Assembly (NCBI RefSeq): GCF_044704955.1
Contig: NC_091980.1
Coordinates: forward strand, 130,944,001 to 131,008,000
Reading direction: 5' to 3'
Origin: Pristiophorus japonicus
Taxonomy: Eukaryota
DNA: 64,000 bases
Shown here: positions 26,483 to 42,549 of the stretch, piece after piece
How the letters are laid out: each line of letters starts with the position of its first letter
Position numbering within the stretch: position 1 is the stretch's first letter
Made by a program: the position numbers and the translations under genes
The notes under the pieces: generated by a model
The model's database searches: none
Told to the model about the DNA's origin: nothing
Seen by the model: the letters and a program-made list of their open reading frames with translations, nothing else

Positions 26483-27070
26483 AATGGCTATCGTAGATTG
26501 GGTATTGTGCAATGAGAAGGGGTTAATTAATAGTCTTTTTGTGCAGGGTCCTTTAGGGATGAATGATCATAACATGATTGAATTCTTCATGAAGTTTGAA
26601 AGTGAAGTTGTCCAATCCAAAACTAGGTCCTAAATCTAAACAAAGGAAACTACGAAGGTATGAGGAATGGCTATGATAGATTGGGAAGAGTCATTAAAAA
26701 GCATGATGGTGGACAGTCAATGGCTAACATTTAAGGAACGACTGCATGAATTGCAACAATTATACATTCCTTTCTGACGCAAAACACAAAAGGAAAAGTG
26801 GCCCAAACATGGTTTACAAAAGAAATTAAGGATAGTATTAGATCCAAAGAGGAGTCACACAAAGTTGCAAGAAAAAGTAGCAAGCCTGAAGATTGAAAGC
26901 AGTTTAGTATTCAGCAAAAAAGGACCAAGAGATTGTTTAAGAGGGGGAAATAGTGTATCAGACTAAACTTGCAAGGATCATAAAAACCTATAAAAATTTC
27001 TCCCAGTATGTAAAAAGAAAATGACTAGTGAAGATAAATGTAGGTCCTTTACGGTCACAAATGGGATGGG
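26483..27070 (+). mobile_element. Older decayed CR1 ORF2, left part, split by the young CR1; continues 31821-~33130 (uninterrupted copy ~59577-60950)
   Basis: WVLCNEKG...DHNMIEF homology; continuous in unit 2 at ~60150-60185. Confidence 0.8.
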
Positions 27071-30000
27071 ACAGAGGCGGGAGTCGAGAGAGGCAGCGGC
27101 CTATAAAAGGCTCAGCAGTCCGGGGAGAGTCGAGAGAATCGGGAGTCGAGAGAGGCAGCGGCCTATAAAAGGCTCAGCAGTCCGGGGAGCGTCGAGAGAG
27201 GCAGCGGACTATAAAAGGCTCAGCATTCCGGGGAGCGTCGAGAGATGCAGTGGCCTATAAAAGGCTCAGCAGTCCGGGGAGCGTCGAGAGAGGCGGGAGT
27301 CGAGAGAGGCAGCGGCCTATAAAAGGCTCAGCAGTCCGGGGAGCGTCGAGAGAGGCAGCGGCCTATAAAAGGCTCAGCAGTCCGGGGAGCATCGAGAGAG
27401 GCGGGATTCGAGAGAGGCAGCGGCCTATAAAAGACTCAGCAGTCCGGGGAGCGTCGAGAGAGGCAGGAGTCGAGAGAGGCAGCGGCCTATAAAAGGCTCA
27501 GCAGTCCGGGGAGCGTCGAGAGAGGCGGGAGTCGAGAGAGGCAGCAGCCTATAAAAGGCTCAGCAGTCCGGGGAGAGGCGGGAGTTGAGAGAGGCAGCGG
27601 CCTATAAAAGGCTCAGCAGTCCGGGGAGCGTCGAGAGAGGCGGGAGTCGAGAGAGACGTACCGGTGCAGCTCCAGCTGGGAAAGAAGGCAAAAAAGAAGA
27701 AGAAAGAAATCAAAAGGTGACGTCACAGCCAACGTGGTAAGTGATTGGCTGCTGATTGGTGAGTAGTTTTTCTTTTTCTTTATTAGTCAGTAACTTTTAA
27801 CATTGTTGTCGCCAATTTAAGTGTATCTAAGGGTTAAGTCATGGCAGGACAGCTCAGTCACGTGATATGCTCCTCCTGTACCATGTGGGAACATGGGGAC
27901 AACACCAGTGTCCCTGACGACTACATGTGCGGGAAGTGTATCCACCTCCGGCTCCTGACGGTCCGCGTTGCGGAGTTGGAGCTGAGGGTGGATTCACTCT
28001 GGAGCATCCACGATGCTGAGAATGACGTGAGTAGCACGTGGAGCGAGTTGGTCTTACCGCAGGAGAAGGGTCCACAGCCAGCGAGGGACTGGAAGACCAG
28101 CAGGAAGAGTAGTGCAAGGAAGGTAGTGCAGGGGTCCCCTGTGGTCATCCCACTGCAAAACAGATACACTGCTTTGAGTACTGTTGGGGGGGGGATGACG
28201 CATCAGGAGAGGGCAGCAGCAGCCAAGTTCATGGCACCGTGGCTGGCTCTGTTGCACAGGAGGGCAGGAAAAAGAGTGGGGGAGCGATAGTGATAGGGGA
28301 TTCAATTGTAAGGGGAATAGATAGGCGTTTCTGCGGCCGTAACCGAGATTCCAGGATGGTATGTTGCCTCCCTGGTGCAAGGGTCAAGGATGTCTCGGAG
28401 CGGGTGCAGGACATTCTAAAAAGGGAGGGAGAACAGCCAGTTGTCGTGGTGCACGTTGGTACCAACGACATAGGTAAAAAAAGGGATGAGGTCCTACGAA
28501 ATGAATTTAAGGAGCTAACTTAAAAAGTAGGACCTCAAAAGTAGTAATCTCTGGATTGCTACCAGTGCCACGTGCTAGTCAGAGTAGGAATCGCAGGATA
28601 GCTCAGATGAATACGTGGCTTGAGCAATGGTGCAGCAGGGAGGGATTCAAATTCCTGGGGCATTGGAACCGGTTCTGGGGGAGGTGGGACCAGTACAATC
28701 CGGACGGTATGCACCTGGGCAGAATCGGAACCAATGTCCTCGGGGGAGTGTTTGCCAGTGCTGTTGGGGAGGAGTTAAACTAATATGGCAGGGGGATGGG
28801 AACCAATGCAGGGAGATAGAGGGAAACAAAAAGGAGGCAAAAGCAAAAGACAGAAAGGAGATGAGGAAAAGTGGAGGGCAGAGAAACCCAAGGCAAAGAA
28901 CAAAAAGGACCATTGTACAGCAAAATTCTAAAAGGACAGAGGGTGTTAAAAAAACAAGCCTAAAGGCTTTGTGTCTTAATGCAAGGAGTATCCACAATAA
29001 GGTGGATGAATTAACTGTGCAAATAGATGTTAACAAATATGATGTGATTGGGATTACGGAGACGTGGCTCCAGGATGATCAGGGCTGGGAACTCAACATC
29101 CAGGGGTATTCAACATTCAGGAAGGATAAAATAAAAGGAAAAGGAGGTGGAGTAGCATTGCTGGTTAAGGAGGAGATTAAGGCAATAGTTAGGAAGGACA
29201 TTAGCTTGGATGATGTGGAATCTATGTGGGTAGAGCTACAGAACACCAAAGGGCAAAAAACGTTAGTGGGAGTTGTGTACAGACCTCCAAACAGTAGTAG
29301 TGATGTTCGGGAGGGCATCAAACAGGAAATTAGGGGTGCATGCAATAAAGGTGCAGCAGTTATAATGGGTGACTTTAATATGCACATAGATTGGGCTAAC
29401 CAAACTGGAAGCAATACGGTGGAGGAGGATTTCCTGGAGTGCATAAGGGATGGTTTTTTAGACCAATATGTCAAGGAACCAACTAGGGGGGAGGCCATCT
29501 TAGACTGGGTGTTGTGTAATGAGAGAGGATTAATTAGCAATCTCGTTGTGCGAGGCACCTTGGGGAAGAGTGACCACAATATGGTGGAATTCTGCATTAG
29601 GATGGAGAATGAAACAGTTAATTCAGAGACCATGGTTCAGAACTTAAAGAAGGCTAACTTTGAAGGTATGAGGCGTGAATTGGCTGGGATGGATTGGTGA
29701 ATGATACTTAAGGGGTTGACTGTGGATGGGCAATGGCAGACATTTAGAGACCGCATGGATGAAGTACAACAATTGTACATTCCTGTCTGGCATAAAAATA
29801 AAAAAGGGAAGGTGGCTCAACCGTGGCTATCAAGGGAAATCAGGGATAGTATTAAAGCCAAGGAAGTGGCATACAAATTGGCCAGAAATAGCAGCGAACC
29901 TGGGGACTGGGAGAAATTTAGAACTCAGCAGAGGAGGACAAAGGGTTTGATTAGGGCAGGGAAAATGGAGTATGAGAAGAAGCTTGCAGGGAACATTAAG

Positions 30001-31820
30001 ACGGATTGCAAAAGTTTCTATAGATATGTAAAGAGAAAAAGGTTAGTAAAGACAAATGTAGGTCCCCTGCAGTCAGAATCAGGGGAAGTCATAACGGGGA
30101 ACAAAGAAATGGCGGACCAATTGAACAAGTACTTTGGTTCGGTATTCACGAAGGAAGACACAAACAATCTTCCGGTTATAAAAGGGGTCGGGGGGTCTAG
30201 TAAGGAGGAGGAACTGAGGGAAATCCTTATTAGCCGGGAAATTGTATTGGGGAAATTGATGGGATTGAAGGCCGATAAATCCCCAGGGCCTGATGGACTG
30301 CATCCCAGAGTACTTAAGGAGGTGGCCTTGGAAATAGTGGATGCATTGACAGTCATTTTCCAACATTCCATTGACTCTGAATCAGTTCCTATAGAGTGGA
30401 GGGTAGCCAATGTAACCCCACTTTTTAAAAAAGGAGGGAGAGAGAAAACAGGGAATTATAGACCGGTCAGCCTGACATCGGTAGTGGGTAAAATGATGGA
30501 ATCAATTATTAAGGATGTCATAGCAGTGCATTTGGAAAGAGGTGACATGATAGGTCCAAGTCAGCATGGATTTGTGAAAGGGAAATCATGCTTGACAAAT
30601 CTTCTGGAATTTTTTGAGGATGTTTCTCGCAGAGTGGACAAGGGAGAACCAGTTGATGTGGTATATTTGGACTTTCAGAAGGCGTTCGACAAGGTCCCAC
30701 ACAAGAGATTGATGTGCAAAGTTAGAGCACATGGGATTGGGGGTAGTGTGCTGACATGGATTGAGAACTGGTTGTCAGACAGGAAGCAAAGAGTAGGAGT
30801 AAATGGGTACTTTTCAGAATGGCAGGCAGTGACTAGTGGGGTACCGCAAGGTTCTGTGCTGGGGCCCCAGCTGTTTACATTGTACATTAATGATTTAGAT
30901 GAGGGGATTAAATGTAGTATCTCCAAATTTGCGAATGACACTAAGTTGGGTGGCAGTGTGAGCTGCGAGGAGGATGCTGTGAGGCTGCAGAGCGACTTGG
31001 ATAGGTTAGGTGAGTGGGCAAATGCATGGCAGATGAAGTATAACAGAGAGACAGACTATTATCTGAATGGTGACAGATTAGGAAAAGGGGAGGTGCAAAG
31101 AGACCTGGGTGTCGTGGTACATAAGTCATTGAAGGTTGGCATGCAGGTGCAGCAGGCGGTTAAGAAAGCAAATGGCATGTTGGCCTTCATAGCAAGGGGA
31201 TTTGAGTACAGGGGCAGGGAGGTGTTGCTACAGTTGTACAGGGCATTGGTGAGGCCACACCTGGAGTATTGTGTACAGTTTTGGTCTCCTAACCTGAGGA
31301 AGGACATTCTTGCTATTGAGGGAGTGCAGCGAAGGTTCACCAGACTGATTCCCGGGATGGCGGGACTGACCTATCAAGAAAGACTGGATCAACTGGGCTT
31401 GTATTCACTGGAGTTCAGAAGAATGAGAGGGGACCTCATAGAAACATTTAAAATTCTGACGGGGTTAGACAGGTTAGATGCAGGAAGAATGTTCCCAATG
31501 TTGGGGAAGTCCAGAACCAGAGGTCACAGTCTAAGGATAAGGGGTAAGCCATTTAGGACCGAGATGCGGAGGAACTTCTTCACCCAGAGAGTAGTGAACC
31601 TGTGGAATTCTCTACCACAAAAAGTTGTTGAGGCCAATTCACTAAATATATTCAAAAAGGAGTTAGATGAGGTCCTTACTACTAGGGGGATCAAGGGGTA
31701 TGGCGAGAAAGCAGGAAGGGGGTACTGAAGTTGAATGTTCAGCCATGAACTCATTGAATGGTGGTGCAGGCTAGAAGGGCCGAATGGCCTACTCCTGCAC
31801 CTATTTTCTATGTTTCTATG
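27071..31820 (+). mobile_element. Near full-length young CR1 LINE
   Basis: 5' tandem array; ORF1 from 27841 (CxxC...CxxC zinc finger, SGNH esterase GDSIVRG; frameshifted near 28190); ORF2 with APE endonuclease (LNARS, GITETW, GDFN, SDH) and RT to 31728. Lesions: TGA at 29698-29700, FADD>FAND, in-frame loss of VDKCEVIHFGGKN. Tail TTTCTATGTTTCTATG. Confidence 0.95.
27075..27656 (+). repeat. Tandem 46/62-bp monomers, 10 copies each containing CTATAAAAG, at the CR1 5' end
   Basis: Unit gaggcagcggcctataaaaggctcagcagtccggggagcgtcgaga(gaggcgggagtcgaga); TATAAAA near 27102, 27164, 27210, 27256, 27318, 27364, 27426, 27488, 27550 and 27603. Confidence 0.92.
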
Positions 31821-33694
31821 ATTTATAACAGGGAACAAGGAAATCGCAGAACAATTAAATACTTCAGCTGTCTTCAAAGAGGACACAAATAACATCCCAG
31901 AAATGCTCAGGAACTAAGGGTCTAGTGAGCAAGAGAAATTAAAGGGAATGATTAATTAAATAGTGCTGGAGAAACTAATGGGACTGAAAGCTGATAAATC
32001 CCCAGGGCCTGATAATCTACATCCCAGAGTACTAAAAGTAGCAGCCATGGAAATAGTGGATGCATTGGTTGTCATCTTCCAAAATCCTAGAGATTATGGA
32101 ACAGTGGCTGCATATTCAAGGGTGGTAAATGTAACCCCACTATTTAAAAAGGGAGAAATAAAACGGGTTAACTACAGCCCGGTTAGCCTATCAGAAATAG
32201 AATGTGATAAAGGACACTTAGAAAATATCACCGAGATTAGACAAAGTCACTGTGGATTTATGAAATGAAAACTGTGTTTGACATATCTACTGGAGTTTTT
32301 TTTGAGTATGTAACCGAGATTAGATAAGGGAGAACCAGTGGATGTAGTGTATTTGGATTTTCAGAAGACCTTTGATAAAGTCCCACAAGAGGTTAGTGTG
32401 CAAAATTAAAAGCACATAGGATTGGGGACAATATATGGCCATGGATTGAAAATTGGTTAATTGATAGAAACAGTTGGAATAAACAGGTCTTTTCCTGGGT
32501 GGTGGGCAGTGACTAGTGGGAAACCACAGGGATCAGTGCTTAGGCCCCAGCTAGTCACTAGTAGATTTGGAGAAAACCAAATATAATATTTCCAATTTTT
32601 CACAGTACAGGAGCAAGGTTGTCTCACTACAATTACACAGGGCCTTGGTGAAACTACACCTGGTGTATTGTGCAGAGTTTTGGGTCTCCATAAGAGCAAG
32701 CACAGCAAAGTCCCACCAGACTGATTCCTTGGATGGAAAGATTGTTGTATGAAGAGATTGGGTTGACCAGGCTTGTATTCACTAGACGAGTGAAAGGGGA
32801 CCTTATTGAGACATAAAACTCTGACTGGTTTGGAGAGACTGGATGTGGGGAGGAAGTTCCCCTGGCTGGGAAGTTGAGAATAATAGGTCACAGGCTCAGG
32901 ATATGGGGTAGGAAATTTAGCACTGAGATGAGAAATGTTTCCACTCAGGATGGGGAAGCGGTTAACCACAGAAGGTAGTAGAGCCCAATCACTGAATATA
33001 TAGGAGATAGATATTTTGATCCTAAAAGGCATCAAGGGCTATGGGGTAAAAGCATGAACACTGGTGTTAAGGATCAGTTATGATCCTCTTGAATGTTGGT
33101 GCAGGCTTCAAAAGGGAGACTACTACTGTTTTTATGACTATAAATGTCAATATATTGACATTACCCCAGCAAAGAGAAAAATTATAGGACTGTTCGCACT
33201 GGCAGAAGGGTCGAGAACCAGCAGACACAGATTTAAGGCAATTGGCACAAGAACCACAGCTGATTTGAGGAAAACTTATGCAGTGAATGGTTAATATCTG
33301 GATTGCACTGCCTGCGAGGGTGGTGGAGACAGATTCAATCATAGGTTTGGACAAGTATGTGAAGGGAAAAAAAATGCAGGGTTACAGGGAAAATGCAAGG
33401 GAGTGGGACTAGCTGAAGTGCTCTTGGAGAGCCAGCACAGGCTGAATGCCCTCCTATGCTGTAACCAATGTATGATTGTTGCATAGCCTAGTGCAATACT
33501 TGTGCTGCAAACAAGTTTTGGTAAATGGAGAATAAGCAACCACTCAAACTTGCAAGGAGACAAAAGCCAGTCCAATATTGAACAGTTTATTACATTTCAC
33601 ATCAAGAGCCCAGGTCTCAGCCTGTACAAAGCCACCATTCGATGTAGGACAGAGTTTCACACAATTATATAAACACGAGTACTGATCAGAAGCT

Positions 33695-37970
<4,276 letters not shown>

Positions 37971-38051
37971 CGTAATGTTTTCTTTTTCTACACTTTAAAA
38001 AAAAGCCTTGTAGAAGTATGTAACTAACATTTAACTAATCTCAAACTCCTG

Positions 38052-38215
38052 TATTTATACTGAGGGATAATCCAGGGTGTGGCACTCTTGATGATGATTG
38101 TGTATTGACGACTATCAATCAGAAATTGCAGCCTCTCAGAGCACCAATCAAGTAAAGGGAGGAGGGAGATGGACTCCCAGAGCCAGTCAGATCTTTGAAG
38201 AATCAGCATCATTGG
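38052..38215 (-). promoter_or_regulatory. Promoter of ferritin C1: TATAAATA (38059-38052), CCAAT at 38144, ATTGG at ~38211
   Basis: Motifs conserved with the B-type promoters. Confidence 0.7.
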
Positions 38216-38727
38216 CTGACATCTCAATGAGGATCTCAATTGTCCTAAGACACTTTCCTCAGACACAGTTCAAATATCCAGTGTCACAGGTTAATTGGAC
38301 CCTCTATTCTTTGGGCTAATTAATTGGAATGATTAAATCAGCTATCAGAAACACTTAAATCATAAGTGCCCCCTTTAAAAAGGGGAATAAACTGTAAGAT
38401 CCACATTATGACCAAACTAACATAAAAATGTTACATTATTTCCCTGTATTCATGCTGCACTCCACTCCCTCTGGTGCCCACCGGTCACGGAAAGCCTCAA
38501 GCATACCGGCAGACACTGCGTGCTCCCTCTCCAGGGACACCCGGACACGGATATAGCCGCGGAAGAGAGGCAGGCAGACGGAGAGAATACGACCGTGCTC
38601 TGCCTGGACCAGTTAATGGCCGCTTTAAAAGATTCATTGAATCCTCTGTTGTTTGCGAGTCAGTGTCTTTTTGATAGTTCTGGATTATTCAGTGGGTTGG
38701 TCATTTGCAGGTATCTGCGACTTGGAA

Positions 38728-39653
38728 ATCCCCTCCGTGCCTTTCAGTTCCGCGCGGAGGGGTTTCCTGTACGGGCTGCTCCTGCACACTCTCAACTTTG
38801 CCATCCTCGCCTGCCGTCCGGACATGCCATGGCGTACCATCTTGCTGTCCAGAGGAGGCGGGGGTCCCCGATGGAGGGCACTCTACGCGGGAGTCCTCCC
38901 ACTATTTATCGGGGACTTGGCCTGGAGGGTGGTGCACGGAGCAGTCCCGTGCAATAAATTTTTAAGCCGGTTCACGGGCTCCCAGGCCGCCTGCAATTTC
39001 TGCGGTCTGGAAGAGTCCGTGTTCCATGTTTTTGTGGAATGCACGAGGTTGCAGCCCCTGTTTTATTATTTAAAGGGGCTGCTCCTGAAATTCTGGCTGC
39101 ACTTCAGTCCCGCACTCCTGATCTTTGGACACCCTGTGCGGAGGGGAGCGGGTAGGTCCGAGGGCCTCCTCGTAGGACTGCTCCTGAGCACGGCGAAGGG
39201 TGCCATCAGCCGGTCCAGGCAACGGGCGGTCGAGGGGGTCATTCAACCTGACTGCCTGCCTCTCTTCCGCGCGTACATCCGCGCTAGGGTGTCCTTGGAG
39301 ATGGAGCACGCGGTGTCCACCGGTACGCTCGCGGCCTTCCGCGAGAGGTGGGCACCGGAGGGACTGGAGTGCATCATCACGCCCGGCAACCAAATTTTAA
39401 TTTGATTTTATGTTTTAAGGTTTAATTTGTTTTAATTGCCGGTGTTTTTAGTGTCCCCCTCCCCTTTTATAGGGAGCACTTGGAGAAAAAAATAAGATTT
39501 TAGTGCCCAAAAAAAAAACTTTAAAAAACAAAAAAAACAAAAAAAACCACAAAAAAACACAAAAAAAAGGGCCTTGGAAATGTTTGGTGCGCCCCCCAGA
39601 TCGGAGGGACACCATTTTATGATTTAATGTTTTATTTTTCTCCCAAAAAGAGT
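38728..39653 (+). mobile_element. Young 5'-truncated Tx1-clade (L1 group) LINE
   Basis: Open ORF2 C-terminus with zinc finger (WRVVHGAVPCN...CNFCGLEESVFHVFVEC) to 39405, A-rich 3' UTR, 14-bp TSD TCTGCG(A/G)CTTGGAA at 38714-38727 and 39654-39667; empty site at ~118-131. Confidence 0.85.
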
Positions 39654-40166
39654 TCTGCGGCTTGGAAGCAACATCCAAATAACTCATTGGATATTTGTCA
39701 ATAGACTTATGTCTGGCAATAGAGACAGAGAAGTCGAGAAAGGGAAGTGACGTGACAGAGATGGACCATGTGAAGGTGAGTGAAGGGTGGAAATTGGAAA
39801 CATAGCAAATTAAATTTTCCAGTTTATTGTGAGAGCAGGAAACGGCACCAATGCCAGCAATGTGCTGGAAAAAGTGGTAAGGGAGGGGCCATGGTGGGAT
39901 TTTAATACAAGGATAAGGATCTTGAATTTGAGGCGCTGTCAGACCGGGAGCCAATGATGGTTCACAAGCACAGGGGTTATGGCTGATTGGAACTAGGTGT
40001 GTGTTAGGATACAGGCAGCAGAGTTTTGGATAAGCTTAAGTTAATGGAGCATGTAAAGCCAGCAGGCGAGCATTGAAATAGTCAATTCTAGACATAAAAA
40101 GACAGATGAGGGTTAACCATTAGCGCAGTTCTGAGCTCAGAGCGAGGAATGCCTGCAGCTGAACCC

Positions 40167-41665
40167 ATCATCATAGGCAGTCGCTCAGCATCCAGGAAGA
40201 TATGATTTCACACCTAAAGTGAGTTCTTTGGTGGCTGAACAGTCCAACATGAAAGCCACAGACCCTGTCACAGATGGGACAGATATTTGTCGGGGGAAGG
40301 GGGTGAGTGACACTGATTTACCACATGCTCCTTCCGCTGCCTGACCTCTTCACGCTCACAGTGTTGAGACTCGAAGAGCTCAACGCCCTCCCGGATGCAC
40401 TTTCTCCACCTAGGGCTGTCTTCGGGCGGGGTCTCCTAGGCATCAGTGGTGCTGTCGCACTTCATCAGGGAGATTTTGAAGGTGTCCTTGTAACGCTTTT
40501 GCTGCCCACCTTTGGCTCGTTTGCCATGAAGGAGTTCCGCATAGAGCAGTTGCTTAGGGAGTCTCATGTCTGGCATGTGGGCTAAGTGGCCTGCCCAGCG
40601 AAGCTGATCGAGTGTGGTTAGTGCTTCAATGCTGGGGATGTTAGCCTGGGTGAGGACACTGATGTCGGTGCGTCTGTCCACCCAGGGGATTTGCAGGATC
40701 TTGTGGAGACATCTTTGGTGATATATCTCTAGCGACTTGATGTGCCTTCTGGAAGTCGTCCATGACTCTGATCGATACAGGAAGGTGGGTATTATTACAG
40801 CCCTGTAGACCATGAGCTTGGTGGAAGGTTTGAGGGCCTGGTCTTCGAACACTCTTTTCCTCAGGCAGCCAAAAGCTGCACTGGCACACTGGAAGCGATG
40901 TTGAATCTCCGCAGCAATGTCTGCCTTTGTTGACAGGAGGCTCACGAGGTATGGGAAGTGGTCCACGTTGTTGAGGGCCACGCCGTGAATCTTGATGTCT
41001 GGGGAGCCATGCTGTGTGGCGAGGACAGGCTGGTGGAGCACCTTTGTCTTACGGATGTTAAGCGTAAGGACCATGCTTTCATATGACTCGGTGAATACAT
41101 CGACTATATCCTGGAGTTCAGCCTCAGAAAGTGTGCAGACTCAGGCGTCGTCCGCATACTGCAGGACAACGACAGAGGTTTCTTTGGTCTTGGACCTGGT
41201 CTGGAGAGGGCATAGGTTAAACTGCTTCCCACTGGTTCTGTAGTTTAGGTCCACTCCAGCGGCGAGTTTGTTGACAGTGAGGTGGAGCATGGCAGCGAGG
41301 AAGATTGAGAACAGCGTTGGAGCGATGACGCAGCCCTGTTTGATCCCGCTTCGGACGTGGTCTGTAACAAATCCGCTGTTTAGGATCACGGACTGCATGT
41401 CATCGTGGAGCAGGCGAAGGATGTTGACAAACTTTTGGGGATATCCAAAATGGAGGAGGACGCTCCATAAATCCTCATGGTCAACAGTGTCAAAGACCTT
41501 TGTACAATCGAAAAATGCCATGTGTAAGGGCTGGCGCACTCCCTGCATTTTTCCGGCATGGCGTGCTGCAAAGACCATGTCCGTTGTTCCCCGTCGGGGA
41601 CGAAATCTGCACTGTGAATCCGGGAGGAGCTCCTCGGCCATAGGGACAAGATGGTTGAGGTGAAC
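40167..41665 (-). mobile_element. RTE-clade (BovB-like) LINE, 5'-truncated
   Basis: RT motifs FDTVD, GIKQGCVIAPTLF, LQYADD, LRWAGH (ORFs 41141..41641 and 40436..41074); GATGAT tail; CTGAACC flanks both ends. Confidence 0.85.
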
Positions 41666-42549
41666 TGAACCACATCCCTGTGCAGCATGTTAAGTTTATA
41701 TTGAACCTTGGCTAGACAACACTTGGAGTATGGTGCACAGTTCTGATCTCCATAGAATTATATAGAAAGTTAGAATTAATAATCTAAGAGAGACTTCAAA
41801 AGAAACTTCTTTACTCAGAGGGTGTTTGGAATGTTTAACTCGCTATCGAAAGGAATAGTTGAGACAAAAAGCATAGACGCGTTAAATGGGAAGCTGGATG
41901 AACACATGAGGGAGGAAGGATTGGAAGATATGCTGATAGGGTTAAATGAAGTTGGGAGGAGGCTCAGTGTGTGAAGTCAAGTCCTCTCAGTCCTTCGCTC
42001 TCCATGCTCATGATTGAAAGACTATTAAATCGATCTTGTCCCATTCGGTTCCTTACCTCATCCTTGATGCATTTTACGTTCGAGAAAGACCGCTCACCAC
42101 TGCAATTTGCCAGGCTGAATAGCCTTTTTCTATGCTGCAAATTCTATGTAATTCTTAAAACATGGACACATGTAAAGTTTTTCACATCGAGTGAGTTGAA
42201 GAGTTTGTTTTGTCTGAAACATGAAGCGGTCAAACTCATCAGCACGCAAACTCAACCTGAATTGTAGAATTGTGAGTCATCAATGTATGAATTGTGGTGA
42301 CATTGATTCTCCAAAAGTGCCATTGAGAGATGCAAAGTGTTATGTATTTAACCTCTTGCACCCTGTATTACATCACCACCAAGTGAGGGCCTACCTGTTG
42401 CAGTCCAAAGGGATCCCAGCATATAAGCAGGTCACCCCGAGGTACCTGCACTCTGGAGTCTTATTAAAGGAGCTAAGGTCACACTTGTGCATTGTTCACA
42501 GAACTCAGTTTTATCCTTTATAGGAAAGCTTCACAAAGAGTACGGTAAC

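Noticed and set aside
27075-27656. Regular repeat array resembling a CRISPR array
   Set aside because: There are no unique spacers, the units are contiguous tandem monomers, the context is eukaryotic, and there are no cas genes.
29698-29700. In-frame TGA in CR1 ORF2 as programmed readthrough
   Set aside because: More simply a point mutation (probably CGA>TGA); the same copy has FADD>FAND and an internal deletion.
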